Counted from the whole stretch's first letter, positions 1 through 13,074 are shown. The stretch: DNA of 61,755 nt, filler included, from Sphacelaria rigidula (GCA_964200075.2; 9 parts of 9 records of this genome joined end to end with filler, not necessarily neighbours in it), one strand, 5' to 3'. A program made the numbers and translations. Notes: generated by a model not told the origin, from the sequence alone.

Positions 1-86
1 GTGTCGTTTTTCTTGGGGACGTCTATCATGAGACCACAGCTGGACCCCTGGGGGGTCAGATTAAGTGCGACAATCAGTCAATCAAT
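1..86 (+). mobile_element. 3' end of a retroelement/SINE with a (CAAT)n-like tail, abutting the LINE RT
   Basis: ...TTAAGTGCGA CAATCAGTCAATCAAT sits exactly where the minus-strand LINE RT frame breaks off (after KAYDT). Confidence 0.45.
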
Positions 87-2560
87 GTGTCATACGCCTT
101 TTGCAAGTCCAGAAAGGAACAGTACTTTGTAAACATGGCGTCTTTCCTGCCTTGAATAATCTTACCTAGTGTGTACACATTGTCTACGCAACTACGGTTC
201 GGTCTGAAACCTGCTTGTCCCTCGCTGATGTTTTCGTCATTTTCTAGCATAGTTCCCACTCCATCATACAGAATCGTACAAAACGTTTTCCCTACCGTGC
301 TCAGTAGCGTCGTCCCTCTATGGTTCCGTGCCTTGTCTCTTTTTTTGAAAATATTGACTATTACTCCTTCTCTCCACCTCTTGGGTGTGTACTCGTTTTC
401 CCAGATCCAGTTATACAGCATGACCATCATGGTAGTCATTCCTCCTCCTCAATGCTTCAGAAATTCATTCATTATTCTGTCTGCCCCTGCTGCCTTTCTG
501 TTCTCAAGTTTAGCTACGCACTCCTTCACTTCATCTCCGGTAAAATGTCTCTGCAATCCTTTTTAGCCTCCATCCTCCCGTTTTGACGTCTCTACATCTG
601 CTTCTACCCACTCGTTGATCTCTTTTTCGAATTCCGTGTCAAGCTCCGTGACAGTTTTTGGTGTTTTGAGTTTACGGTAGTGCTCGACTGGCACTTCTCT
701 CGTACCCTTGGAACTGTTGACCAGTTCACCGTTCTGTGCCCGGAGTATGGCTATCTCCTTGCTTGTCTATCCTGCCTTGTTTTCCATGATCCCTCCTATC
801 CCTACCTACAGTTGTTTCATCCCGCCATCGAAATCTTCATTTTGTTTATTCCATACATCTTCCCACACTCCCGTCCTATTCTTCTACGTCATATTATTTA
901 CTTCCTTCCAAGCTTTAGTATACTCGTCTCATTCTACCGTACTTTTGCTCGACACCCATCTCGCGTGGGCCTCTCTCCTTACTCTTGTAGCCTCTTGTGC
1001 TTCCTCATCCCACCATTTTACTGCTCTGTTGTATACGATCACCTTTCCTATGACTATACTCGCTGTGTTTTTGACCAACTGCTTCCATCCTTCTACAATC
1101 CTCGCTCCGACCCGATTTCTTTCCATTCCGGTATCAACCGTACCTACGCAATCCAACAGTCCGGAAAAATTCACTGCAATTTTGGGCATCTCTTCTTGGA
1201 ACCCTTCGTGTTTTTCTTCCATACCTAGTTTATCGATTCTCCATTTGTACAACTTCCTACCCCGCCTATTTCTTTTAGCTCTCGTCTGTTGGCGTTCTGT
1301 CCGTATTAGGCAATGATCTGTGGTTCCCACATCCTCCGCGCATACATATACTTCCATTTCTGTGCGATTTCTATGCTCCACCACTGCATAGTCAAGAACG
1401 GAGCGTTCTCTCTTTTTTCCTTTGCATTTCCTCGTCCATGTTCATTGCGCCCCTCGTTTCAGTACTACATCATTCAGCGTCTTCATCTCTTGATGCTCAA
1501 GGAACTTCAGCATTTCTACCTCATTCGTGTTCTTCTCATCTTGCCCGTACTGCCCAATGATGTCATCCGGTTAACTTGCTGCTTCTACCTTGCATTCAAT
1601 TTCCCACCAAGAGTACTTCTCCTTGCCTCTTATATTCATATATATGTGCTGCTATCTCTCCAAACCTACGCTGTATACCGTCCACCCTACTCGTCGGTTC
1701 CGGGGGCTTGCAGATGTTCCTTACGAAGAAGTCCTTAGCTCCCCGCTTTTGTCGAATTCCGTGTCATCCATCAATTGGTTAATGTCACACACGAATTCCT
1801 CGACTCTATTCCCCCCGCTGCCCTACTCTTGGACTGCCGTTCCTTCCGCTTTTCCCCTATACATGCTTACGCTTCAACTTCGCATCCTATTTCCACCCCC
1901 TCCTTCTCCCATGACTCTTGGATTCATACTGTATCTATCTCATGCTTCCTTACTTGTTCGAGTATCTCTGTTTTTTTGCGCTCGTCTATGGCGAAGCCAC
2001 ACACGTTTCACGATTCTATTCTCAACTTCCTGTCTGGATTATTAGCTGCTCTCTTGGTTTCTCCTATCCTGTTCCCGTGCCTCTTACTTCTACTTTACCT
2101 CACTTGATTGTTCTGCCCCTTGCCGGTTTGGTCTTTGTCTACTTGCTTCGGGCCGCTATTTCTCCTCCCCTTCCCCTTCCGGGCATTTACCTGTTTCTGC
2201 CTCTCTTTCCCTCCGTTTGCCCGTGCACTAGGTCTCAGGTTTGTTATTCCGTTAGCAGTATATACTCTCCATCCTATACTTCTAACGCCTGCCGACACCC
2301 TACTTGTCTCTATCCTTCAACACTCCTTGCTCGCGCTCTGTTTTAGTATGACTCGGAAGTGTTGACGTTTCCTGTTGCCAAATAGTATAATCCAACCTCA
2401 TCGCATTTTTTTCTGAACTCCTTCCGCGTCATGTCGCTACGGACTCCGAATACCAGCACTACTAGTACTTTACCCGACCACTCTTCACTCCCCCATCCGC
2501 CCTTCCTTACCGTCTCACTCGATCTCCTTCGAGAGAATCATCGGCTCATTCGTTTCAATT
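87..2560 (-). mobile_element. Degenerate LINE (RTE/RTEX-like): ORF1 remnant, APE endonuclease, N-terminal half of RT
   Basis: Minus-strand translation gives the endonuclease start KLRIES*NVCG..IQESW (~2030-1900), TDH motif (EDVGTTDHCL, ORF 929-1384) and RT motifs EGQAGFRPNRSC and FLDLQKAYDT (ORF 74-439). Multiple stops and frameshifts. The 5' boundary is approximate. Confidence 0.9.
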
Positions 2561-3289
2561 GTGAAATTGATTGCTCGTCGATCCTTTACTCACCACGCAT
2601 GGGTCCAGCCGTGGTCGCATGATGGATGTACCCGAAAAAAGCAAAACGGAAACACTCGTTCAAGAAAACGAAGGAGCAGAAAAAAGTCAAATTGTATTTG
2701 CCGGATATCTCGAACGTACTGCGACATCCCAATCCTATTACCCGTTGGGGGTTTGGTGCCTTTCAGTTCTTTTGCTGGCTCACCGACACTAAATAATGAC
2801 TGCAACACGGGCTCGTAGCCTAAAGCCACGTTCAACACCTTTGACACAAGTACCCACGTTTGTGCCAAGCGATCTTTATGAACCATCCAGGGGTCCCATG
2901 ATCGTATCTTCCATCTTCTTGCCCCGCTGCTGTACTGGTTACTTTCCTCCAGGGAGGTTATTTTCACCGTTCAAGGTTCAAGGACGGCTTGCATAACACA
3001 AGGTCTTACTCACACCGGGATGTCCCGTACATCACTCTTCCACTACGTGTACGATTCACCATGGGTCGCTACTCCACTGATGCTTCCAAGTAAACCCTCG
3101 CTGCCGAAAGCTTAGCCAACGATTCCCCCACATTTTGTATCAGCTTCCATCTTTCAAGATATCGAGAAGTCTACGTACCGCTTGGTGCTTCTTCTCGTGG
3201 GTCACGTGGTCAGTCATCGGTAAGGTGTTTGTTTCATGAGTGCAGTAGGTCTTGACATTCATGTCATGCATTGTCCACCCCTTCCCTTC

Positions 3290-4760
3290 ATTAGGCGCCT
3301 TTTGCACCTAATGTCCGAAATTTCTGGAAATGATTGACCAGACTTCCACCGCCTAACGGAAACCGGTAAGGTTTGACGGTGAGGGAGGGGGGGATGAGAA
3401 GATGAGGGTCAAATGAGCACAAGGATCCCGCACCAGCAGCAAACATATTCTGCTTGTACGTATCCCTGACGTCAACCAAGTCCCCGCCTTTCATGTTTAG
3501 TATAGCCCATCGACGAACATGAGCTAGCATGAGCGGGGAAATTGGGGGGGTACTCGAGTATTCTAGGAATGTTATGAAGAAGGTTCCTTACGGTGGATGA
3601 TCGGCAAATTGTTCCGAGTTCGTGATTTGGGAACTGTATGCGTACTTGTTTGCGCCTCGTGCGCCCAACAGGAGATTTTGGATCGTGGGCAGTCGTGACA
3701 GGGTGGTGCTTTACGCCCTGCTCTCACCCATTTCCCCTGGGTGAACAGTAATGGCAACAAAAACTTGAAAACACATCTTCATCCTCCTCTCGCTTACTGG
3801 GAAAGGGCAGTTAACTGCGTGGGCACACAGCACGGGGCTGTTGTTGCTTCACCGCCATCTGACCAACACGATCAGTTGAATACATTCACGGACTAGTCCA
3901 AACTTGAATCGTTCTTCTGAGGTGGCGGGTGAAGACGGTGTAGTCGAAGACTTGAAGGCGTTTCTCGAGGCACAGGCAAGGACATTAAGGAGATTACTGG
4001 TGGAAACGCAAAGGGGTCCGTCGGAGGAGACTAGCCATCATGTATCTTGATGACCCTGGGGCCGGGGAGCGGGCAGGGTCTGCGCTCCGTTGTGGAGGTG
4101 GAATAATCGCCGATAGCCTCCTGCCAGTTGTTGGTGAGGTTTGGATTGCCGGAGGCAGCAATCTTGCAATAGGATCTAGGGAAATAAGCAGCATCACAGG
4201 GGCTGTCCATAAAGTAGGAAGAAGTTTTTAATTCCGGTTATGGTAGAAACGCATCGAGAGCTTTGCCCTATCTCATGATTATATGCACGGGTATACTACG
4301 TACTTCGTATATTGACATGCCAGTAGGTGTTTCGCTCACTTTCCGATTTTGCTTGCTCAAAGTTGCAGCGAGACGAGCAGAAGAGAATCATGTATTGCCT
4401 GGGCGTGTTGGACGAAGAGCATCGCGGACCAGTAATCATTAAGTAGGGTGATTGGCACAAAACCCCCGAGTGCAAGTTGACGTTTTTTATGTTATTCTTG
4501 CCGAGATTCCTCCGAAACGTTGAGATGGAAGCGCATTTTGAACGAGTCACAGATGAAGGAGAAGGAACATCCAGTAAAGTGTTTCCCACGCGAATCGAAG
4601 ATTGTGGATGTACTAATATCATTAGGGGTACATAAGCTTCTAAATGATGTTGACCTCACGGTAGAATAGGTACTCTCCACCAACTACGAGTACGAGCAGT
4701 GTATGATATTGTACAGAGACAACACCACCCCAGCGGAGATAAAGGTTATAGTGATGCACG
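3290..4760 (-). pseudogene. Highly degenerate Mutator/MULE-like DDE transposase
   Basis: Minus-strand frames give E..YWMFLL, FICDSFK/SQRFGG, FCANH (CxxH, ~4460-4450) and NLTNNWQE (TNNxxE, 4135-4118) in MULE order, then a possible SWIM-like and LIPP C-terminal tract. Many stops. Confidence 0.5.
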
Positions 4761-5317
4761 CTCATGGCTAGTTCTCCTTACAAGCAAGCCCACCAGCCAA
4801 ACGCTTCATGAAGACGGCACTTTCAGTGATAGGGTGTTTCCAGTGGTACTATAACGGACAAGAACGACCGAAATAGCAGTACGAAAAACGTAGGCAAGAA
4901 GTACGACAACATGCGAAACAAGTGGCATCGTTATTTAGAGCCAGGACATCCACGGTTTGACTGTACTGTCCACATCATCCCGGCCGCTAAGAAATCGCAG
5001 AGCTGCTCCGGTGGGATCATGGCGTATTTGTCGATTGGCATGAAAAGTGACGAGAATGAGGTGGGAGAGAGCGCGATGAAAGTTAGGGTGGTACTGAAGG
5101 GTGGACAGCTGGTAGTGGTGCAACCTTCTGTATGACGCAATCAGTTGACTTGCTCCGTGGCATGCAACCATCAGAGGATAAGGTTGTACTCGCGTGAGGT
5201 GGTCCGATATTGAGCGAGCAGCAGCCATCGGCGTGGAAGCCTCCTGAAAGGCGATGTCATAATCGGGAACTGTTGAGCTCTTGGAGGTAAGCTGAACGGA
5301 CAACTATTCCTCAGTTT

Positions 5318-6636
5318 GTGATCCCTTGGACACATCACCAGGCATGTGGTTATTCACTATACTGCGAACAACTCCAAGATTCATGTGCATTGACCGCGCC
5401 GCACTACGCCCCGTCATCAAAGACATGTGTAATATGTAGCTGTGGGAGGCTGTACCCTTGGCTGGTGTCTTTCCCCGCGTTTTCAACCTATATCACGCGC
5501 GCTCTTATTTGCATTCAAGGGAGGCGGAAGGGAGTAAAGTGCCGGAGAGCGCTCGTGTCCAAATTTTCTCCCGTCGAAAACCTTTCGAAAGACACATTCT
5601 CAGGCATGCCTTTATGACGAGCGCAAGCGAACATCAAGTTCGAAGTCGAGATTAATGTCGACTTCAAAATGACAATCTGGCTCATCAACCAGTTCCGGCG
5701 GTGTACCGACGGCAACTTCGAACGATGGAAGCCTGATTTGCTAGTTATCACGGAAAGGCAAGGGGCTGCAAAAGTTCTGGTGCAACATATGATTATCCAT
5801 GACGAGGCCAACACCAAGCGGAAGATGGGGTTGATCTCACGAGACGACGGACTGACTCATGCCGACCAAGAAGAGTTGCAAAATAGTGAACAAGAGCAGA
5901 AGGGGCCGGCACCGGCGACTCAAGTATTTCCCTTGCACGTACCTTTGATGCCAACGGCGTGGTTGCTTCCTGAGCGCCGTCAGCCTGCTCGTCGACTTCT
6001 AGCTGATCCGACTCACCGGTGAATTTCGTGACGCCAGCCTACTCAGAGAACAGTCGGGGGCAGGAGGGTTCCGTTCGCGTCAGGTGCATGTTGCAGGGGA
6101 TCGTTTCAGGGACATTGAGCGTACTCTCCGCTTGGACCTAGTGGTCCAAATAGCTTGCCGTTTGTCAGCATTTGAGGGAAGTACCAGACAGGTGATGAAC
6201 GTTGAATTAATGGAACACGGTCGTTAACAACGACGGACCACACACGGCATCCTTGTACCCCGCCCTCTTTCCCGGCGGGAAGACGAATCTCTGTGGCATT
6301 GCTGTACCCCAACAATGCAACCTATCATACGCTTTCTGGACCGCAATTGAGCGCATCCTGGTGAGCTTTACATCTCTTGTACGGCATCGTGTGCGTGACA
6401 GCTACTTGACCTACATCTCCGCGAGTTTCGCTCAGTTGTGGGTCATGGATATTGGTGTGTGTAGGGAATGGTTCCCACCGAATGTACGTCAGAGTTCGCT
6501 AATGATTTAACACCACGTACTCAGGGGGATAGATCATTTTCTCGGTACTCATTTGATGCTCGATGATCAACAGCACGGCAGATACCTGGGAAGATGTGGG
6601 ATCATCACGCGAGACGATGGACAACATTCAATGGAA
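5318..6636 (+). pseudogene. Unknown disrupted coding region with two similar peptide segments
   Basis: ORFs 5318-5617 and 5669-6022 share a frame separated by one TGA. The motif MGLISRDDG (~5825-5850) recurs as CGIITRDDG (~6595-6620). Truncated by a LINE 3' end. Confidence 0.3.
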
Positions 6637-6774
6637 CGGGGGCGCGGGAGGGGCGGGGGCGCGTACTCATTTGTTGCCTTCGTCATTTGGTCATTGGCCA
6701 CGCATCGATTTCGAGGAGGAGCACCGCACCTACTCCTGATAGAGACATCTCCGACATTCGGGCGCTGTTTATGT
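6637..6774 (-). mobile_element. LINE family A 3' end with C-rich tail
   Basis: G-rich tract followed by GCGTACTCATTTGTTGCC...; matches the end of the LINE at 17630-17743. Runs into the contig end. Confidence 0.85.
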
Positions 6775-6874
6775 NNNNNNNNNNNNNNNNNNNNNNNNNN
6801 NNNNNNNNNNNNNNNNNNTTAATTAATTAANNNNNNNNNNNNNNNNNNNNNNNNNNNNNNNNNNNNNNNNNNNN
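6775..6874. other. Synthetic contig linker N44-TTAATTAATTAA-N44 (also 13648-13747, 20521-20620, 27394-27493, 34267-34366, 41140-41239, 48012-48111, 54884-54983)
   Basis: Eight identical 100-nt spacers. TTAATTAATTAA gives stops in all six frames. The intervening contigs are 6774, 6773 x5 and 6772 x3 bp, i.e. size-sorted. Confidence 0.98.
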
Positions 6875-6975
6875 GGTAGAAAAAGCACGCGAATCAGTGC
6901 ATCGGCCTCTTTATCAATTATTGGGTCTCCTACATATATGATGGTCAGGGTCAGACTTTTCATGTACTGTGTGTC

Positions 6976-9900
6976 TCACAGGCCTGAACATGCAAACACC
7001 GAATGGCATGAGGAATACGCACCGCGCGCATAGCTCAGGCACCGACTCACTTTTGTCATGCACAACTGTTCCGTTCCGCCGCCTTCACCGTTCCTTGTCT
7101 CAAAAAAAGTCGTGCGCTCTTCGGTGGTAGCCTCTCGAAGGAGAAAGCCTAGCCCCTTCTCTAGCTTCTGGCACATATCCTCCGAGTTCGACACCACGAT
7201 CCACTGCTGGTTGTCCACCATAGCCCGCACGTATGTCTTCGTTACCGCATCTTCGCTATCCGAGGAGTTCTTGCCGTGGCTCGGACCGAAATAATGGTGT
7301 TCGATGTGTACTGTGTTTTCGGTTGTCACTCCGCCCTCGTCTAGGACGAGTATCATGGCACCTCCTACCCAACCGAAATGATATCGACATTTGAACTACT
7401 TGAAGCAGTTGTCGCTGAGTACGATGGCGGTGGTCATGGGAACCGCCCCGATCTTCCGAAGTAAGGCCGGGATGTCTTCGCTCAGTAACTTCGACAATAC
7501 ATATTGTACCCATGCATTATCTTGAGCCATGTCGTCGCTCAAGATGATGAACGAGTACGCCCACTCACGCCCACTCACGCCCACCCCATCTAAACATGAT
7601 ATAGCAGGGAAAAATGGTCGTCGCGTCGTGGTTCCAGTGTTGACTCTAAACTTGGTGTTGTTCCTTCACTTGCAGTCTTTCCTGGAAGTCAACAACGAAC
7701 AGTACTTCTCCGTCCTTCAAAGTGTGCTTCTTGTCGTCGAAGGCGATGCGCTGCATTTTGTATTGTCTTCTGTGCATGATGAACCGGTAAAATATCTCCT
7801 TAAACTCCAGCATGAAGTCGTCCACTGACCTGCCTCTTTTTCCCGCGACGGCCTGTGGAGGATAATGGGCGACGGTTCAGGATGGGAATGATGGGGGGGG
7901 GGGGGTGAGCATACCGTCGGTCGGGCGCGCTGTGTTGGGTGGCGGTGATCCGCGTGTCTTCAGCGTTTGCCTTCATCAACACGAAAGTTAACACGTGATA
8001 TCTAGTATATTCGGAGTATCGACCTCAAGATGGGGGTGTTTCCTTCCCCCGTGGGTCAGCGTCGCTGACTTCGGACGGTATCTCGTGCGAGATTGAACAC
8101 GCAACGAGATCCTCACGCGATGGTAGGGGTTGCATATCTTGGTCGGGATCATTCCCATTTGAAGCCTGCTACATGTATGACGTGCGCAGCATATGTGTGA
8201 CGATGTTATGCCTTGCAAAATCCATTTGAGGCTTCTCTGTCCCATTGTGGTGGTAATTGTTGCGTGTTGAAAAAAACATCGCGTGGTGACTAGGCTTTCT
8301 TCGGAGGACATCAATGGCTCCCCAAATTGCATTCTTTTTCCCTCAGACTGTTGCCACTCTGCACAACTTTCGTTGTGAAAAGTTGGATGTCGCAAGGTGT
8401 AGCCTTTAATCATTCATATCCACACCTGTCGTTTCCTCGGGTTCGATCTCGCTCGCGGGTTGTACTCGGCGTCGGCGTCTTCGGCTCCCCCCTCCCGGCG
8501 GTTGTTCGGACGTCTTACCGCCGTCGTCGCCATCCCTTTCTCGTTTACATCGTTGTACATATTCCACCGGACCTCTCCGGGCGCCGGTCTTCCTCTCGAG
8601 TTTGCGTCCGAAGCGGCCAAAGCCTCTCCCGATGTCCCGCCCTTGTGTCGTGGGCACTCGACGAAGACATTTTGCATCCGAGTGCATTCGACGCAGCTAC
8701 CACCTACTCACGTCGACTTGTGTGCTCTGACTCGCATTCCGTCACGCGAGGTTTACAGATACTCCTCACTGCACATGTGCTTCTCGCTGAAGTTGGCCAT
8801 GCCGTAGATGGATTTACGTGAGGTGTATGGGAGATAATCCACACACCCGCCGTCCTTGCAGAGGTTGCATTCGCACGTGCAAGCGGAATCGGGGGTGAGT
8901 CCTTGATGAAGCGTAGGCCACAGGTCGTACAGGGCGATGGTAATGAGCTTCGCCTTGTAGCAGGGGGTGCACAGGCACGATCGATTGGACTGCTCGATAA
9001 CGTAGAAGGGGATCAAGTCGTCGAGGGCTTTTCGGCTGATGTTCTCCACCTCCACTGCACCCGTTTGAAAATGAGCGAGAATGCACACATGCAGAAGAAA
9101 AGCGTCCGTGTTTGACAAACCATACGTATAATAATCTTCGCTCCTTCCAACTTCACGCTCCCTCCCTGTTGTTCTGAAAGGAGATGAGCAAGCGTGTATT
9201 CCTGTGTCGATACTCTTACACCAATACTGCACATGACATTAGCTGCACATCTGGGCTCGCTGGGGACCTCCTACGTGTATGACGGGCAGAAGATCGACGA
9301 TTAGGACGAGATTTACATATGAAAACATTCACTAGGGCGAGATGTCATCGCCTGCCCATCGCGGGAGGTGTTAGCGTCCCGCAGTCATGGATGGGGTAGA
9401 GAATACTTTTTCCCGAGTCTAGTATGAACAACGATGCGATCGTCTATATTGTCGAGCAATTGCCATGGTTAGCCATAAACTCCTATGCGACGCCTGTGTG
9501 GCACATGTTGTCTCACCGCCTCTTCCACCTCTGTCATGATGTCATCGTAGAGCTTCAGCTTCGTGCCCATCAAGTACCGAATAGGCATACGAGAGCATAG
9601 CTCGGGTTTAACGCACACCAGCGAGTGGTCTGCGTCTGAGCGTTTGTGGTTGCCGGGTGAATAGTCGTGCTTCCATTTCACCTCACATGGAGACGGCTGG
9701 GTGTGAAATGTGATCCGTTCTTGAATCCAGGCCAGTGCGTAGGGACACGTGATCTCCAGTCGATCTGATAGCGGCTTCCTGTCGGACGCGCTGGGAGACG
9801 GCAGCATGGCATAGGTGGATGCCGGATACGCGAGGGGGGTGGATACGCATCAGACTCTATCTTTTATACACACGGGATGCTCGGCAGCCGACGCATCATC

Positions 9901-10610
9901 GCGACTGAGCGTTGATGAAAGTATTCCATCTTCAGATTGGTGGATGTTGTGATGGATGTCTCTGTCCGTGGCACTTGTAGGAGGAAATACTGCTCGTATA
10001 AGCATCATCGGCATCCATCTCAGTCGTCGTGACTCACATGCGGCGCGGCTCTCCGTTTCCCATGGCGTCCTCTCGCCTCCTCTTCGCGCCATAAAACGCT
10101 TTTCGGGGCAGGAGCCCTCCAATGAACTCTTTGGCATCTGCATATGTTGTGGATTCCCCGCACATAGCGCCTAAAACGGGCCTGCGGATCTGCCTTCCTC
10201 CCTCAGAGGCGACGATATCTGGCTCGGACAGTTTTGCCCAAAGTTCACGGATGCTGTCGCATATCGCGCTATCATCGTTCCTCCTCTTTCGGCCATTTGC
10301 CAGGTTGGGATCAATCAGGTTCACAAACCGCGGGTGTTTCTGGAGGAGAGACGTAGTGAGCTCCCTTATTTCGTCGCATGTCGCCTCTGTATTCAGCCAC
10401 TTCTGCTCTTCCTTTGACTCCACAGCGTTGAGAAATACGTCTGCGGCTTTGCACAGTAATTGTTTTAGGTTCCATGCTGACGTCCTCCCCATTACTTGAG
10501 GTCGGTCTCCCCCTCAATCCTGGGTGATATCAAATACGTATTGAGGTGTGACATCCTTTAGCTTTACCATAGTTCGGCCATGCGAACATATATGTTTCAA
10601 CAAGCCATAC
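6976..10610 (-). mobile_element. Sola-like (Sola2-type) DDD transposase pseudogene with introns
   Basis: Minus strand shows TQPSP, SCLCTPC, CxxGSCxxC, VRW, then VVDFQE...(Q>*)SQHW (D at 7690), LSDNCFK(Q>*)FKC (D at 7413) and YFGPSHGKNSSD (D at 7260). Putative introns ~9480-9140 and ~8420-7830, donor GTGAGT at ~7030. Nonsense TAGs at 7646 and 7396, and a 10-bp duplication frameshift at ~7560-7580. Confidence 0.75.
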
Positions 10611-10649
10611 CTTGTCGGCGCCTAATTTCTTGTTCGAATTTGGAATGCC

Positions 10650-11840
10650 CTTGCCTCGCCGGCGACTGGCGATGGCAAGCCTCGTATACGAAGGAGACTC
10701 TCTTCGAGGTCTTTGTATTTTGATATCCGTTGCGTGCCTTGCACAAAGCGATGAAAAGATGTCGGTTTATTTCTCCGTAGGGCGAGGTGATTCATCTATA
10801 GGTTAGGTTGTGTTGGCGTGTACCGTAGCAACAACGCATATCCTATTCGAGGGCGGCCTCTGACTTGATCAAAGATTGCCACGTTTGGATCTCCTTCGTG
10901 TATGAGGCTCCCATGAGACCCATCCAAGAATATAAATACTATGCTTGCTGCTTTGCCGGCGATTGGTGACGGCGAGCCTCATATACGAATGAGACTCCCT
11001 TCGAGGTTGTTTTATTTGGATATCCGTTGCGTGCCTTGGAGAACGCGATGAAAAGATGTGGGCGTGGGCCTATCTCTTCATAGGGCAAGATGATCCATCG
11101 ATATATTAGGTAACGTTGGCATGTACAGTAGCAACACAACGCGTATCCTACTCGGGGGCGGCCCGTGACTTCATCAAAGATTGCCAAGGTTGGGTCTCCT
11201 TCGTGTATGAGGCTCTCATGAGACCCATCTAAGAATATGCATATTATGCTTGCTACTTCGCCGGCGATTGGCGACGGCGAGCCTCATATGCGAAGGAGAT
11301 TCCCTTTGAGTTCTTGGTATTTTGTTATCCGTTGCGTGCCTTATTTAAGCGTTGAAAAGAAGTGGGCCCATACCTCCGTAGGGCGAGATGATTCATGATT
11401 CATCGATAGATTAGGTCATGTTGGCATGTACCGTAGCAACAATGCATATCCTACTCTGACTTGATCAGAGATTGCCGAGTTTGGGTCTCCTTCGTGTACG
11501 AGGCTCTCGTGAGGCCCGTCTTACAACATTAATATTATGCTTGCTTCGTCGGAGACTGGCGATGGCAAGCCTCATATACGAAGGAGGCTCCCTTCAACGT
11601 CTGTGTATTTTTATTTCCGTTGTGCGCTTTGCAGGGCGCGATGAAGATGTGGGCCTATCCCTTCATGAGACAAGACGATTCGTTGATAGGTTAGGTGATT
11701 ATGTTATTGGCATGTACCGTGGCACCACACTGCATATCCTATTCGGGAGCGGCCTCTGACTTGATCAAAGATTGCCGAATTTGGGTCTCCTTCGTGTATG
11801 AGGCTCTGGTGGGGCCCGTCGAGGAATAAAACTGTTATGC
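10650..11840. repeat. Tandem array of four ~297-bp units at the 5' end of the Sola-like gene
   Basis: Anchor GCCTC(A/G)TAT(A/G)CGAA at 10679, 10976, 11281, 11569 (periods 297, 305, 288). Confidence 0.92.
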
Positions 11841-13074
11841 CACATGTTTCTGCACCGCTATATAGCTGGAATGCCATGGTAGGCATTGGCGTCTCATTTG
11901 ATGTTGCGATTCATTCATGTGTTACTCTTCGTTACAACTTGCTCCAGTTACAATTCCATCCCTGGCATTTCGAAACCGTGCTCTACGGAGAGTGGTTTCC
12001 CCCCTCGGGTGGATGAGGTGAATCGGCATTATTTCCATTGTTTAAAAAAAATAACTGATGCCAGGTCACATAACGGCCCCTGTGTGCAGACACTAGGTTC
12101 GTTGAATACCGGTCCCGACAGAATCGACGCCGCATTCTCGGAATCATTACCGCACCCCTACCATGGCATCACTTAACGTGTGGTCTCCTCCCTTGGTAGG
12201 GTCTACTAATGGGTTGTCACGTCTGTATCTGCCGGGGACAATGGACAATTTTTTAATACGGTCGTCCTGGGTTAGTGAAGGGGAAGGTGCCCATCTGCTC
12301 AAAAATCTGGGCCTATTTTTTCTCGTTGATTAAACCCCATGTCTGGTAATTTCTATACCTAGCGGAGAGAGTCTCCACACTGAAATCTATATGAAACCCC
12401 GAACAATAGATTAAGAGGATGATGACAATTTTTTTGTGGATCTTCGCTGGAGCACGGGAAGACGATAGATACCCTCACCTTTACCTAATTCGTAATCTAT
12501 CTCGAGATATGGCGCACATAAGTTTCATTCTAAAATTAGTACATTGCAATCAGAGGCACCTGATGACCTAAATCTGGATATCGCGTCTCAGTTTTTGAGA
12601 GTTGTGCTATGAAATTTGGTATGGAGAACCGCTAGTATGTAATAAAATCAAAAACACAGCTTTTTTTTTTTCTTTTTTTGTCGGGGGGTTTTTTCTTCAA
12701 TTTTTTCCGTCTTTAGGAGAGTTTCGAGGAGAGATGGCCATTGCTCTTGGGCCTTATCTCAATTCTTCAGCTCAATTTTTATAATTGTGATTTGAAACTT
12801 GGCGTGGAGAACGACAGAGGTATGCTGAGTAAAAATGATGGGCCTTCATTTTTTCTTCTTTCATGAGAGGTTCGGGCGTTCTCGTGAAAAAATGGTCGTT
12901 TCCATAAATAAACGCCCTCAATCAGTGAAAACAAAAAACACCTCACCCACTTTTCTTGGTTCATCATGACCCAGCGAGGTCTCACACAAAGTTGCAACTC
13001 ACAGACACCAAACGTGGGCCGATAAACGGCCTGCAAAATACTGTTCCGAATTTCCGCCGACCCGGTTTTTCGAA

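Noticed and set aside
680-2365. Long plus-strand ORFs (also 43993-44790)
   Set aside because: Antisense shadows of purine-rich LINE coding sequence.
3544-3560. G7-TACTCGAG as another poly(C) retroelement end
   Set aside because: Only GAGTAC-C matches; the hairpin and upstream consensus are absent, and it lies within the MULE-like region.
6819-6830. TTAATTAATTAA as a biological motif or regularly spaced repeat
   Set aside because: Always embedded in N44 flanks at fixed spacing; it is a synthetic six-frame-stop linker.
7396-7648. RIP-like mutation or stop-codon reassignment from CAG>TAG changes at conserved Gln
   Set aside because: Only two clear cases, alongside a frameshift. Host genes use TAG as a normal stop, so ordinary decay suffices.
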